Assembly: GCA_965209015.1 (NCBI GenBank)
Contig: OZ242367.1
Coordinates: 447,160 to 511,159 of the forward strand
Reading direction: 5' to 3'
Length of the DNA stretch: 64,000 bases
Source of the DNA: Rhodothermales bacterium
GTDB lineage: Bacteria > Bacteroidota > Rhodothermia > Rhodothermales > Bin80
Shown: piece after piece, positions 10,663 through 20,635 of the stretch
Numbering within the stretch: position 1 is the first letter of the stretch
Layout of the letters: each line of letters opens with the position of its first letter
Translations under genes and position numbers: made by a program
Notes under the pieces: model-generated
What the model saw: the letters and a program-made list of their open reading frames with translations, nothing else
Told to the model about the DNA's origin: nothing
Database searches by the model: none

Positions 10663-11586
10663 ATGATGGAGATCTCCCAACCTAAGCGGTTCGGACAGGT
10701 GAAAGACATCACCTATGGTAAGACGTCAGGTATATTGACGCCAACCAGTGGATTCCTTGATGAATACGATTATTCGCTGAATCCCTATTCCGGTTGTGCA
10801 TTTGGTTGTACGTACTGTTATGCAGCATTCTTTTCCAGAAACCCAATGCGACGGGATCATTGGGGGGAATGGATCCGCGTCAAGGAAAATGCAGCCGACA
10901 ATCTTCGGAGGAAGTTACGGCGTAATCATCAATGCCTTGACGGAAAACGGATCTACATGAGTAGTGTGACGGATCCCTACCAACCAATTGAACGGAAGCT
11001 TGGTCTGACCCGCGCAATTCTTGAAATCATAGCAGCAAAAACTATGGATCTAGATCTTGATCTCTGGCCTCGCCCAAAACTTGTAGTTCAAACTCGTGGT
11101 CTTGATGTTGTTCGTGACCTAGATCTATTCCACACCATTATAGATCATGGTGGAGACGTTCAAGTCAATATGACGATCACGACAGATGACGAATCTGTTC
11201 GGCGCACATTTGAGCCGCAGTGCCCAAGTAACCATAGGAGACTAGAAGCTATCCGTTCCATAGCAAGCGCAGGGATCCCTACCTGTATCACTCTTACTCC
11301 TCTGCTGTGGCTTCGGAACCCTGCCGAGTTTGCAGAGCGACTGATTGCTACAGGCGTGAGACATTTTATTAGTCAGGAGTTTCATTTTGCGCACGGTAGA
11401 TTTATTGCTATGACGAGAGATCCAGCACTGAGGCTGATGTCTGAAAAACTCGGCTGTGCAGAGAGCTCTCTAAACTATGAATATCTTCGTCATTATCAGA
11501 TGTGGCGAGAACAATTGGAGTATGCGTTGGGAAGCTATGCCTTCACGTTCGGTGAGGGAAAATCTGGATTTGCTCCACTTGTTTGA
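10663..11586 (+). CDS. Radical SAM protein (SplB/COG1533-like)
   Basis: CxxxCxxC cluster motif in 'NPYSGCAFGCTYCYA' near the N-terminus. The 307-aa length fits the spore-photoproduct-lyase-like radical SAM family. Confidence 0.7.
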   Translation: MMEISQPKRFGQVKDITYGKTSGILTPTSGFLDEYDYSLNPYSGCAFGCTYCYAAFFSRNPMRRDHWGEWIRVKENAADNLRRKLRRNHQCLDGKRIYMSSVTDPYQPIERKLGLTRAILEIIAAKTMDLDLDLWPRPKLVVQTRGLDVVRDLDLFHTIIDHGGDVQVNMTITTDDESVRRTFEPQCPSNHRRLEAIRSIASAGIPTCITLTPLLWLRNPAEFAERLIATGVRHFISQEFHFAHGRFIAMTRDPALRLMSEKLGCAESSLNYEYLRHYQMWREQLEYALGSYAFTFGEGKSGFAPLV

Positions 11587-11738
11587 TACACTCTCTCACT
11601 CTGGACTCATTGCGTATATGTGTTATTTCACGTGTAACTCATGCGAATACAATGTGGAGTGTAACTTTGGCCCGGTTTTTGCCGTACTTTTAGTACAGAA
11701 AGTTAAACCTCCTTTTTTCAAATAACGTAACTTGAAAG

Positions 11739-11960
11739 ATGAAACATTCAAATCCACTGGGATGGTTGTTCGCACGCTACCTTGCAGGTCAAATTGAAGA
11801 ATCTGTTTGGAAGCGCTTCATGTCTGCACTGGAAACGTTTGAGTCGAATCCATCTGAGCGCTCAGCGTTCATTGCTTTTTTTCATGATATTCTTAGTGGA
11901 ACAGGTGAACGCACTACCCCACAACTCAATCGGTTGCTTGCCGAAGCGGTGAAAGTCTGA
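11739..11960 (+). CDS. Hypothetical small protein (73 aa)
   Basis: Clean ORF followed about 40 nt later by a strong hairpin plus T-run terminator. No recognisable motif. Confidence 0.4.
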   Translation: MKHSNPLGWLFARYLAGQIEESVWKRFMSALETFESNPSERSAFIAFFHDILSGTGERTTPQLNRLLAEAVKV

Positions 11961-12002
11961 TCATTTGCAGATATTCGGATCACGTCAAGTCTGAATCCCG
12001 GT

Positions 12003-12040
12003 GGGCCAGTTTCATATGATCTGGCCCTTTTTTATTTTTG
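12003..12040 (+). terminator. Rho-independent terminator
   Basis: Stem gggccag (12003-12009) pairs with ctggccc (12021-12027) around an 11-nt loop, followed by 'ttttttattttt'. Confidence 0.65.
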
Positions 12041-12146
12041 TAGCAGACACACTATTTTTGTGTAGATTTCCGGTGTCAGTTTATTCATGAACCACTTAAG
12101 AGCACAATGACTGTCTGTGTGCATGTGCTGAATTATTACTTGTCAA

Positions 12147-12410
12147 ATGAAGCGGTTTGAAGATTTATTTCAGGAGTTACAAGATAAAGTGCGTCAACAG
12201 GATCCAACGTCCGGTACTGTTCAGGCAGTTCAAGCAGGCACTCATGATATTGGAAAAAAAATTTTAGAAGAAGCGGGAGAGGTTTGGATGGCTGCCAACT
12301 ATGAAACGCCAGACAGAACTGCTGAAGAAATTTCGCAACTGATCTACCATATTCAAGTCATGATGCTCGCATGTGACCTGACATTGGAAGATGTCTATCG
12401 CCATCTTTGA
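12147..12410 (+). CDS. hisE: Phosphoribosyl-ATP pyrophosphatase (stand-alone HisE)
   Basis: 87 aa with the MazG-like HisE signature '[12 protein letters not shown]...[14 protein letters not shown]...[24 protein letters not shown]'. Confidence 0.85.
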   Translation: MKRFEDLFQELQDKVRQQDPTSGTVQAVQAGTHDIGKKILEEAGEVWMAANYETPDRTAEEISQLIYHIQVMMLACDLTLEDVYRHL

Positions 12411-12423
12411 TCACATTATATAA

Positions 12424-13272
12424 ATGTTGCAGATCGCACTTCCCAATAAGGGGGCACTCGCTTCGGATGCGGTAGATCTCATTCATGCAGCTGGATACAG
12501 ATGTAAGCGGTCAGGACGTGAATTGCGTGTCCTTGATACCGAAAACGAAGTCCTGTTTTACTATCTCCGTCCCCGGGACATAGCCACCTATGTGAGTAAT
12601 GGGGTCCTTGATATGGGAATCATCGGGAGGGATTTTCTGATTGAGCAGCGTGCTGACTTGGAAGAAATTCTATCTCTTGGATTCGGTGCGGCGAAGCTCT
12701 GCTATGCCGGTCCGAGCGATCGTCCATTGGACTTGGAGCAATTTCAGGGGCTACGAATTGCAACGTCATTCACTCATCTAGTTTCGGCTGACTTAAGTCA
12801 GAGGAACATTGAGGCAGAGATCATCCCGCTTGATGGAGCGGTTGAAGTATCCATTCAGTTAGGGGTAGCAGATATCATCGCTGATCTTGTCCAAACCGGT
12901 CGCACTCTTGAAGATGCTGGACTATCTATCATCGGCGAACCGATTCTGAATACTGAGGCGGTGCTAACCGGCCGTCCTGAAAGGGTGAATATTGAGACAG
13001 ATGTAAGTTTATTTGTGCGACGGATTCAGGGTATACTTCTTGCCAGAACGTATGTGATGATTGAATATGGCTGTCTGCGGTCATCACTTGAACAGGTCTC
13101 TCAAATTACCCCCGGGATTGAATCTCCGACTATTTCTCCACTAAGTAAATCAGGTTGGATTGCAGTGAAAGCACTGGCAAAGCGTGAAGAGGCCAACAAG
13201 ATCATGGATGATCTGGAAAAAGTCGGGGCCACGGGGATTGTAATTACTGATATACGTACCTGTAGAATTTAA
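12424..13272 (+). CDS. hisG: ATP phosphoribosyltransferase, long form
   Basis: N-terminus 'MLQIALPNKGALASDAVDLIHAAGY'. The 282-aa length includes the C-terminal regulatory domain. Starts 13 nt after hisE. Confidence 0.9.
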   Translation: MLQIALPNKGALASDAVDLIHAAGYRCKRSGRELRVLDTENEVLFYYLRPRDIATYVSNGVLDMGIIGRDFLIEQRADLEEILSLGFGAAKLCYAGPSDRPLDLEQFQGLRIATSFTHLVSADLSQRNIEAEIIPLDGAVEVSIQLGVADIIADLVQTGRTLEDAGLSIIGEPILNTEAVLTGRPERVNIETDVSLFVRRIQGILLARTYVMIEYGCLRSSLEQVSQITPGIESPTISPLSKSGWIAVKALAKREEANKIMDDLEKVGATGIVITDIRTCRI

Positions 13273-13276
13273 TATT

Positions 13277-14161
13277 TTGGTTTCTCTTGGTTACAGGTTG
13301 ACGATGCTGGTTGTGATTTGCGGGATGTTCACCTCGTGCACTGAGCCGGTTACGTTACAAAACAGGGTGGAAGCGGTGATTCGTAAGTACCCTGATGCCA
13401 CAGTTGCTGTGTCGGTTCGAGATCAGAGTACCCAAGCCAGTCTGGATATATTACCCGATCATTCATTTCATGCAGCCAGTACGATGAAGGTGCCGGTACA
13501 GATTGAAGTATGGCGACGCATTCAGGCGGGAACCCTAACGTTGGACTCCACTCTGTTGGTTCAAAATTCTTTCCGATCCATTGTGGATGGAAGCCCTTAT
13601 CGTATTGAGGATGATTCTGATGACGCAATCTATGAGCGTCTGGGCCAGTACATGACGATTTCTGAACTGGTCTATCAAATGATCACGGTGTCGTCAAATC
13701 TGGCGACAAATTTATTGATTGATCTTTTGGGCGCCGAGTCTATTCAGAGAACTATGGATTCACTCGGAGCTTCAAGTATGCGCGTGCTTCGAGGAGTTGA
13801 GGATCTAAAAGCCTTTGACCTTGGTCTTAGCAATTCGACAACGTCCAGTGCTCTGGCAATACTCTTGGAAGCTATTCGTCAGGGGAGGGCAGTAGATCCG
13901 GTAGCAGATAGCAATATGGTTGATGTACTGCTGGATCAGAAGTTTAATAAAATGATTCCCGCTGGACTTCCTGTGGATGTATTAGTTGCTCACAAGACGG
14001 GCCAAATCACACGGATTCATCATGATGCAGCGATCATTTATCCGCCGGACTCGCCGTCCTATGTGTTAATTATTCTGATTGAGGGATTAGCAGATGAAGA
14101 TGAATCGGCTGCTCTGGGAGCAGAAATCGCGCGCACCGTTCATACGGCACTACGGAATTGA
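13277..14161 (+). CDS. Class A beta-lactamase-like serine hydrolase (secreted or lipoprotein)
   Basis: SxxK in 'AASTMKV', an SDN-like 'SSN', and KTG in 'AHKTGQ'. The track start at 13277 is TTG. An alternative ATG at 13304 gives 'MLVVICGMFTSC', a lipobox-like signal. Confidence 0.75.
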   Translation: MVSLGYRLTMLVVICGMFTSCTEPVTLQNRVEAVIRKYPDATVAVSVRDQSTQASLDILPDHSFHAASTMKVPVQIEVWRRIQAGTLTLDSTLLVQNSFRSIVDGSPYRIEDDSDDAIYERLGQYMTISELVYQMITVSSNLATNLLIDLLGAESIQRTMDSLGASSMRVLRGVEDLKAFDLGLSNSTTSSALAILLEAIRQGRAVDPVADSNMVDVLLDQKFNKMIPAGLPVDVLVAHKTGQITRIHHDAAIIYPPDSPSYVLIILIEGLADEDESAALGAEIARTVHTALRN

Positions 14162-14308
14162 AAACGGTAAAAAGAGCACGGAATTTACTCAGGTGCTCCC
14201 TCTGATAAGCCATGGGCTACACATCTTCTTAACTCTCGGCGCCATCAAATCTTACCATGGATAAGAGGTTTTGCGTCTCTCAAAAACTAGGTCAACTCAA
14301 TCAGGAAG

Positions 14309-16549
14309 TTATATTGAATAGGAAAGTGTCAGGTAGAGGTCACGGCCTGGATTGGGGAGATTACCATAGCTCAGATGCTTGTGGTAGTACACATCAAATA
14401 GGTTGTTTACACCAGTTTTTAGCTCAATTCCATGCCGCAGATTTACGCCGCCACGTAGATTTACAATGAAGTAACCATCCGTTCCATCCTCATTCGCCAA
14501 GATTTGTGCGACGCGGTTTTGTGGCATAGCCATACGAACTTCTATCTCACTCCACCATCTATCCTGAATAGCACGAAGGCTTGACCAACCCGTGAGTGGG
14601 GAGATCAGATACATGGGTTCATTGAGCTCAAGATTTTGCCCATACGTGTATGATGCCGTCGCTGTCAATTCCAACCACTCCTGGAAATCCAATACCGCAC
14701 TGATCTCCCCACCCAAGAGTAGCGCAGCAGATGCATTCTGATAGGTCCTGAACCTTAGGGCGGCATTGCCGAGCAAATTATCGTCATTACGGCCAACAAT
14801 GTAATTTCGAATATAATTGCCGAAGATACTAGTTCGGAGCCCCAGGTTTGAGGTCCATCGTTCAAACCCCAGTTCTGCTTGGGTGCTTCTTTCTGGTTTC
14901 AGATTGGGATTCCCAGTGTAGAAATATCCGTCAATGTAGTTATACACATAGTGACCATAATTTTCTACATGAGTGGGAAGCCGGCCAACATTTGCCACTG
15001 AAAATCTCACTAGGTTTTCGGAACCTAACGCCTTGGTTAAACCAAAGCTTGCACCTACAAGGGTATAAGATTGGGACAAATCTTTGTCTCCCCAGTGGCC
15101 CTTAAGCACCGCAATGGCCTCCGTTTGTCGTACATCACGAGGGGAATGATCCAAACGAAACCCCATGCGTGCGGTCAGTCCACTGCCCAGTACACTCGTT
15201 AGATCTAGGGCTATGGCTCCGTGACGCACTCGGACATCTCCTAGGTTCAGGAGGTACATGTCTGGGATATGATCAAAGACACTGAACATCCACATATCCC
15301 CGAAACTTTTTGTCTGATAGGCATCAAGTGTGACCTCCATGAGGTGTCTTCCATGAGCCAATTCCAGAGTACTTAGGCCTCCACTAGTCCTTGTTTTTCC
15401 ATACATGGGCATGTTCATCGCACGCATGACGGGACGCTCTCGGACGTTACGTTGAAAATCACTCATCCAGTGATCTACGCGGTTGGAATACATTCTCGTT
15501 TCCCATCTAGAAATGAATTTTAGTTCAGGTTCCCAAGTATGGGATAGACTGTAGATCTTTGCTTTTGCAAGCGCAGCATCCATTAGCAGTACAGGGTATC
15601 CCACATCCCAAGCATTGTCTCCCAAAAGGGAGGCAGTGAACTCGTGGGTAGACCCAATCCGTTGGGATAGGGAAAGCTTATAATTATTCTTTTTGAATCC
15701 AGAACCATAGATCAGTTCTCCCCCTCCAGCACTGAAGCTGTCGGCCTCTTTGTAGGAAAAGCTCCCTCGGAAACTGGTGTTTTTACGGGAAACACCACCA
15801 GAGATGCGTCCCTGACGCAGTTTTGATGCGGAACTGTAGTTCAGTTCAGCATCTGCATAGAGAGGTTGATCAAAACGGGGCTTTTGTGTCACAAGATTAA
15901 TGGTACCCCCAATCTGAGAGGACTGGCTCAGATCAAAGCCTCCCTTGGATACCTCCAGCTTCTTCAAATTTTCCACCTCCACATAAGAGGAAGATGGATC
16001 CATTTTGTCGATACATGCCCCAACCACCTTCATTCCGTCAATGATAAGTCCGATCTGTCCTCCGCTCAATCCGCGAATGACAGGCTCCCAGGCAAAGTTG
16101 GCACGCTGTGCAAAATCAGTACCAGGAACACGATCCAGCAAGTCCTCAGTAGCTTCTAAGTGATGGGAGGCAACGGCGGGGTCATTGATACGGGGGGCTG
16201 TACTTTGTACCACAACTTCATCTACGGCGATCACGGCGGGAAGGAGAGTAATGGACAAGTGACCATGAGAGTTAAGTCCCGTTGAGACTGGAAATTCAAT
16301 GGCTGCATAACCGACATATGAGACGCGCAACTCATAATCCCCCGCAGGCAAGTTTAATTCAAAATGGCCGTTCTGATCGGTTATTGTACCGATGTCGGTA
16401 TGAAGAACGGTAATTGAAGCAAATTCGATTCCCTTATGGGATAACGCATCAATTACATATCCATGTATGACATCCTGTGCATGCGATGATCCAGTCCATA
16501 ACGTGATAGATACGAAAAGTAAAAGCCAACTCTTGGGTATTCTGCTCAT
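14309..16549 (-). CDS. TonB-dependent receptor with N-terminal carboxypeptidase-regulatory-like domain
   Basis: CarbopepD_reg motif 'IHGYVIDALSHKGIEFASITV...TDQNGHFELNLPAGDYELRVSYVGY', plug and barrel regions, and a terminal '...LYLTLSYSI'. The start was moved to the ATG at 16549 ('MSRIPKSWLLLFVSITLWTGSSHAQD' signal), which overlaps the upstream stop as ATGA. Confidence 0.85.
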   Translation of the reverse strand: MSRIPKSWLLLFVSITLWTGSSHAQDVIHGYVIDALSHKGIEFASITVLHTDIGTITDQNGHFELNLPAGDYELRVSYVGYAAIEFPVSTGLNSHGHLSITLLPAVIAVDEVVVQSTAPRINDPAVASHHLEATEDLLDRVPGTDFAQRANFAWEPVIRGLSGGQIGLIIDGMKVVGACIDKMDPSSSYVEVENLKKLEVSKGGFDLSQSSQIGGTINLVTQKPRFDQPLYADAELNYSSASKLRQGRISGGVSRKNTSFRGSFSYKEADSFSAGGGELIYGSGFKKNNYKLSLSQRIGSTHEFTASLLGDNAWDVGYPVLLMDAALAKAKIYSLSHTWEPELKFISRWETRMYSNRVDHWMSDFQRNVRERPVMRAMNMPMYGKTRTSGGLSTLELAHGRHLMEVTLDAYQTKSFGDMWMFSVFDHIPDMYLLNLGDVRVRHGAIALDLTSVLGSGLTARMGFRLDHSPRDVRQTEAIAVLKGHWGDKDLSQSYTLVGASFGLTKALGSENLVRFSVANVGRLPTHVENYGHYVYNYIDGYFYTGNPNLKPERSTQAELGFERWTSNLGLRTSIFGNYIRNYIVGRNDDNLLGNAALRFRTYQNASAALLLGGEISAVLDFQEWLELTATASYTYGQNLELNEPMYLISPLTGWSSLRAIQDRWWSEIEVRMAMPQNRVAQILANEDGTDGYFIVNLRGGVNLRHGIELKTGVNNLFDVYYHKHLSYGNLPNPGRDLYLTLSYSI

Positions 16550-17343
16550 CAGTGAACTGTAAATCCTTTGAAGGTTACGGTATCCTGTGTTGCGCCTGAA
16601 CGTTGAATGAACACCGTCATGTCCCATCCTCCAGACATGATAAAATTCACCGTGCCTTCGTAGCGACCGTCTTGAACATGTACAGGGGCTTCATATGGGG
16701 TACTATGCCCTTGACCGGCCCCCATATCCATCCAGGGGTAGAGGTCAATGATTGCATCCTCCAAAGGCAGGAAGCGATCATTCACCAAATAGTGAAGTGC
16801 AAATTCGATTTGATCAAGTCCGGTCACCGGACGAACCGGTTGTACCCATGAGATAGAGTATCCATCAGTGTACTGGACCCAGATGGAGGGTTGAATACTT
16901 ATAGGCACAATTACCTGACCAGACTTTCCTCTTGCTTCGTAGGTAACTTCAAGTTGCCAGCTCCCCTCTTCGCCATTCGGGGGTATAAATGTTGGAGTGC
17001 CTTCAAAATAACCTGACCTATCCGTGGGAACCAGATTCGTCTCACCCAGAGGGGAGAGGATTATTTGAGTTCCGGCGATCCATCTCGGTAAAAGAGTAAA
17101 GCTGCCACTTGAAAGGGGAGCCCCATCCATGGTAGCTTCCAACCAAACCTTACGGGTGCCTACTTGGAGCGAATCGGGAGCGGTCAAAGTGATCGTTAAA
17201 TTTCCATCTCTGATGATGCCAAGTTGTATAGGCATCTCTTCCAAATTCGTGTCCTCTGGATGCTCCTGAAAAAAATTAGTTTCCGTAATGTTTGGTGCAC
17301 ATCCTGCCAATAGGAACACACCTAGTACAAAGATTCTCATCAT
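16549..17343 (-). CDS. Lipoprotein with YtkA/FixH-like domain
   Basis: Lipobox 'VFLLAGC'. The C-terminal 'DMGAGQGHSTPYEAPVHVQDGRYEGTVNFIMSGGWDMTVFI' resembles the YtkA-like metal-associated fold. Translationally coupled on both sides. Confidence 0.55.
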   Translation of the reverse strand: MMRIFVLGVFLLAGCAPNITETNFFQEHPEDTNLEEMPIQLGIIRDGNLTITLTAPDSLQVGTRKVWLEATMDGAPLSSGSFTLLPRWIAGTQIILSPLGETNLVPTDRSGYFEGTPTFIPPNGEEGSWQLEVTYEARGKSGQVIVPISIQPSIWVQYTDGYSISWVQPVRPVTGLDQIEFALHYLVNDRFLPLEDAIIDLYPWMDMGAGQGHSTPYEAPVHVQDGRYEGTVNFIMSGGWDMTVFIQRSGATQDTVTFKGFTVH

Positions 17344-18344
17344 GGTATCTCCACTCCTGCAAACGTGATGGAATCTGTAAGTGTGTGTAAAAATGCTACA
17401 AGATTTGCTTTTTCAGACGCACTCAGATTAAGTGGTTGAATGAATCTACTTTGACCACGCACAGTCTTTCCACCATTGTTATAATGTTCAATCACATCTG
17501 ACAATGTTGCCATCTGTCCATCATGCATATACGGGGCAGTCTCCGAGACATTTCTGAGGGAGGGTACCTTAAACTTTCCATAATCTTCCTTCAAGCCTGT
17601 GACTCGTGCACGCCCAGAATCTCCTTGGCTGATCGAAAGCCCGTTGTTCTCAAATTTGAGATTGGAAAGAAGAAACCCATTATGACAATGGAAACAACGT
17701 GCCTTTCCCTCAAACAGATTTAATCCGCGCTGTTCATGAACATTGAGTGCGGACAGGTCTCCCTCTTTGTAGCTATCATAGCGGGCTCCGCCGCTCAAGA
17801 GAGTTCTCTGATAAGCAGCGAGTGCCTGAGTCAAACCTCGCAGTGTGGGAGACTCCCCAAATATATCGTTGAAGGATTTTCGATAGGTTGTATTTGAATC
17901 CAACCGATTGAGAACGGAGGCGAGGTCCAGTCCCATTTCAGTCGGATTTTGAAGTGGACCAAAGACTTGGTGTTCTAGGGTGATGCTCCCACCATCCCAG
18001 AAAAGCAGCTTATGATAGGCTATGTTTATCAAAGAGGGAGTATTTCTGGTACCAAATTTCCCATGAATCCCTTGGCTGATTACCTGTCCATCAGAAAAGA
18101 ATTTGTTGGGCATATGACAGGTAGCACAGGATACCGTGCTATCAAAAGAAATAGCGTCATCAAAAAAGAGTTGCTCCCCAAGGAGCACCTTTGCCTTTGT
18201 AAGTGGATTGTGAGAGGGGATAGGCACCGGTTCAAATCCAGAAGGCACTTCCAAATGTACCTGTTCCTCAGAAACTGAATCTGGGGGCATACAACCGGAG
18301 ATTGCTAAGGCAATACAAACGGATCTAAGAATAAGAGAGCCCAT
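17340..18344 (-). CDS. Di-haem cytochrome c peroxidase (MauG/MbnH-like)
   Basis: Two CxxCH haem motifs ('SCATCHMP', 'RCFHCHNG') and 'PSLRNV...APYMHDG'. The start was trimmed to M at 18344, giving the lipoprotein signal 'MGSLILRSVCIALAISGC'. The track start is 18422. Confidence 0.85.
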   Translation of the reverse strand: MGSLILRSVCIALAISGCMPPDSVSEEQVHLEVPSGFEPVPIPSHNPLTKAKVLLGEQLFFDDAISFDSTVSCATCHMPNKFFSDGQVISQGIHGKFGTRNTPSLINIAYHKLLFWDGGSITLEHQVFGPLQNPTEMGLDLASVLNRLDSNTTYRKSFNDIFGESPTLRGLTQALAAYQRTLLSGGARYDSYKEGDLSALNVHEQRGLNLFEGKARCFHCHNGFLLSNLKFENNGLSISQGDSGRARVTGLKEDYGKFKVPSLRNVSETAPYMHDGQMATLSDVIEHYNNGGKTVRGQSRFIQPLNLSASEKANLVAFLHTLTDSITFAGVEIP

Positions 18345-18408
18345 CTCATTGTTGATAGTTACGACGCTCCCTCCCAATGCATTTATTAGGAGGGAGCATA
18401 GGGGAGGT

Positions 18409-19230
18409 CTAGAGATCTGCAATCTGAAAAGCAGGGACGATCTGATCAGCTACTGCATTTGCAACAGGTAAATTATTCATCGTATGACAAATCCGCTGTT
18501 CCGGGTCGTTTAGATCAACATTTTTTAGGAAGTCAGCATAATTCACATGGATGTCTAGTGAAGCAGGCATTTCATTTTCAAGGGTAAGACTATGAGAGAG
18601 AGTCACTTCTTGAAGGAATTTCTCTGTACCCAGATGCACGGCCCACTCATCATCTGGAGTACCGTCGTCATCAGAGTCTACTAGACCATCCATACGAAGA
18701 AAGAGGTAGCCCGCATTCCAATTCCAGTGGTTATTATAATCAGTTTGCTTCGCCAATGGATGTTCAGGGGATACTTGGGAGGGATCAATCCGATTCGTGG
18801 TCCCGGCAATCCCAACTTTGAAATGAATCTCCTTATAGTCGCCAGATGGCAAAGAACCTAAATCATAGGCGGTGATTCCAGCATCATGCTTGACTAAGAC
18901 CACTTGGTCTTGAACTGTGTGAGAGATATTCTCATCATTGTCGTCTTTCGCTGGAACCGTAAGGGGTTCACTTTCTGGGGTGATTGCTTCGTTCTGATGA
19001 TTGATTAGGGTGATTTCTGAGAGATATATACGGGCAGATTCAAAGGAGATCGTAGATCCATTCACATCATATGTAGTGGAAGAATTTGTAGAGAGAGGTT
19101 GCCCGTTAACATGAGCAGTCACATTAAGCGTGAGGGTGGCGGATCCATCTTCCATGACTGATGAGTCGCATCCAGCGAGTAGTAGTAGTATGATAGCCAT
19201 TGCCATCCATAGATTTTTCGTGTATTTCAT
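18409..19230 (-). CDS. MbnP-like lipoprotein (putative metal-binding partner of the di-haem peroxidase)
   Basis: Lipobox 'LLLAGC'. The motifs 'ARIYLSEITLIN' and 'NHWNWNAGYLFLRMDG' match my memory of the MbnP family. Sits immediately upstream of the MauG-like peroxidase. Confidence 0.5.
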   Translation of the reverse strand: MKYTKNLWMAMAIILLLLAGCDSSVMEDGSATLTLNVTAHVNGQPLSTNSSTTYDVNGSTISFESARIYLSEITLINHQNEAITPESEPLTVPAKDDNDENISHTVQDQVVLVKHDAGITAYDLGSLPSGDYKEIHFKVGIAGTTNRIDPSQVSPEHPLAKQTDYNNHWNWNAGYLFLRMDGLVDSDDDGTPDDEWAVHLGTEKFLQEVTLSHSLTLENEMPASLDIHVNYADFLKNVDLNDPEQRICHTMNNLPVANAVADQIVPAFQIADL

Positions 19231-19483
19231 TGGTCAGGTAATAAAGAGTATTTAATGATGTCGGTCGCACCTGCGCATTGGGTGCGTTCAGACTGGAAAT
19301 GAGATAACCTGCCCAAAAATTGGATGCAACTAGGAGTGACAGTCCTGTTGGATCGTAATATGGAGACATATACGAATGCACTCCAGTCACCAGCAGTGGA
19401 TGCAGACGCTTAAGTCAGACCCAAGATGAAAAGGCCACAATCAACTACGATACTTGACAAGACCTTCAATCCTAAGGGGCAGG

Positions 19484-19840
19484 TCAGGAGGTAGGTGGTG
19501 GACCACGAGCCCAATGAAATTTAGAAACATTTTGTTGGTGCGGAACCGCAGAGAGGATCAGTAGCGATTCAAAGGCAGGAAAATAATCTGGGGCAATCGT
19601 AGGCTGAGCAATATCGCCGATCAGAGGCACAGCAAATAGTGCTAAGTAAGGGCAGGATGCATGATCATGATGAGTAGCTTGGTAATAAGCCCCCTCTACT
19701 TCGGAATGAGTGTGTCCATGCACCGGAGTATACATATCGGTTACTGCCATGTATACGAGGTGTGAGAGGGGCGCGAACAGGCCCCCCACTACAAGTATAC
19801 ATGCCAATAAAATAGACGCTTTCCGGCGAGGAGAACACAT
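19484..19840 (-). CDS. Small His-rich membrane protein (hypothetical)
   Basis: N-terminal TM segment 'ILLACILVVGGLFAPL' and a His cluster 'HGHTHSEVEGAYYQATHHDH'. No family recognised. Confidence 0.35.
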   Translation of the reverse strand: MCSPRRKASILLACILVVGGLFAPLSHLVYMAVTDMYTPVHGHTHSEVEGAYYQATHHDHASCPYLALFAVPLIGDIAQPTIAPDYFPAFESLLILSAVPHQQNVSKFHWARGPPPTS

Positions 19841-20377
19841 TTTCTATACACTCAAACGAAGCCGTCCTTGAATGATCATCTGACTACTTTATACCCAGCC
19901 TACAAACTCGGTAAACCCACAACTGTTCAGTGAGATAAATTTGCCCACCGTTTGGGGTTTAATTTGCGTCCTGATAATTTTTCATCTGCTTGCATTTGTC
20001 ATGATATTGTCGTTGAAATGAGTTTATTTTGCTCATGTTTTGTACGCTTAAATTAGAAAGTTCCTCTAAACGATTTTCTGTGGGAGTCTCCTCTGAATTG
20101 TATCCGATATGCTGGCTCGGCGAGACGATCTGTCATGTAAATTGGCAGTGGCTGGATTATCCATTATGATCGGTAATGGATCGCCTATCTCACACGCATG
20201 CAGTCAGGAGCCCACCAGAAAAGGTTTCTTCCTGATTTGTGCTTTCGTTCTGAAGTTATCTGAAATAGTTGAAATAAAGAAGCTGGAACAGTAAATATGG
20301 AGCCGTCCATGTTAGATCGGAAACATTTTTTTCTTTTGTGTTTCTAACAATTATAACGTTTACCAATAGGTAATCTC

Positions 20378-20617
20378 ATGAACAGTTTAGAACAAGAGTT
20401 CAAATGGTATCTGAAGAATCAGGATGACCTAGTTGACAAATACGAAGGTCGTTTTTTGGTGATCAAAGATGAAAGGTTGATGGCCGTATTTGATGATGAC
20501 ATGGAGGCAATTCGACAGACAGAATTAGAACATGAGCTAGGCACATTTTTGGTTCAAGAATGTTCTTCTGACCCTTATAGCACCACAGCCACATTCCATT
20601 CCCGTGTTCGGTTTTGA
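20378..20617 (+). CDS. DUF5678-like small protein
   Basis: 'KYEGRFLVIKDERLMAVFDDDMEAIRQ...LGTFLVQEC' resembles the small proteins usually paired with clan AA aspartic proteases. Confidence 0.45.
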   Translation: MNSLEQEFKWYLKNQDDLVDKYEGRFLVIKDERLMAVFDDDMEAIRQTELEHELGTFLVQECSSDPYSTTATFHSRVRF

Positions 20618-20635
20618 TGTCTGTGGAACCGACAG

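Noticed and set aside
14173-14197. Hairpin gagcac-N13-gtgctc between the convergent bla-like and TonB-receptor genes, as a possible bidirectional terminator.
   Set aside because: The stem is only 6 bp with a 13-nt loop and only a modest T-run on one side, which is too weak to call.
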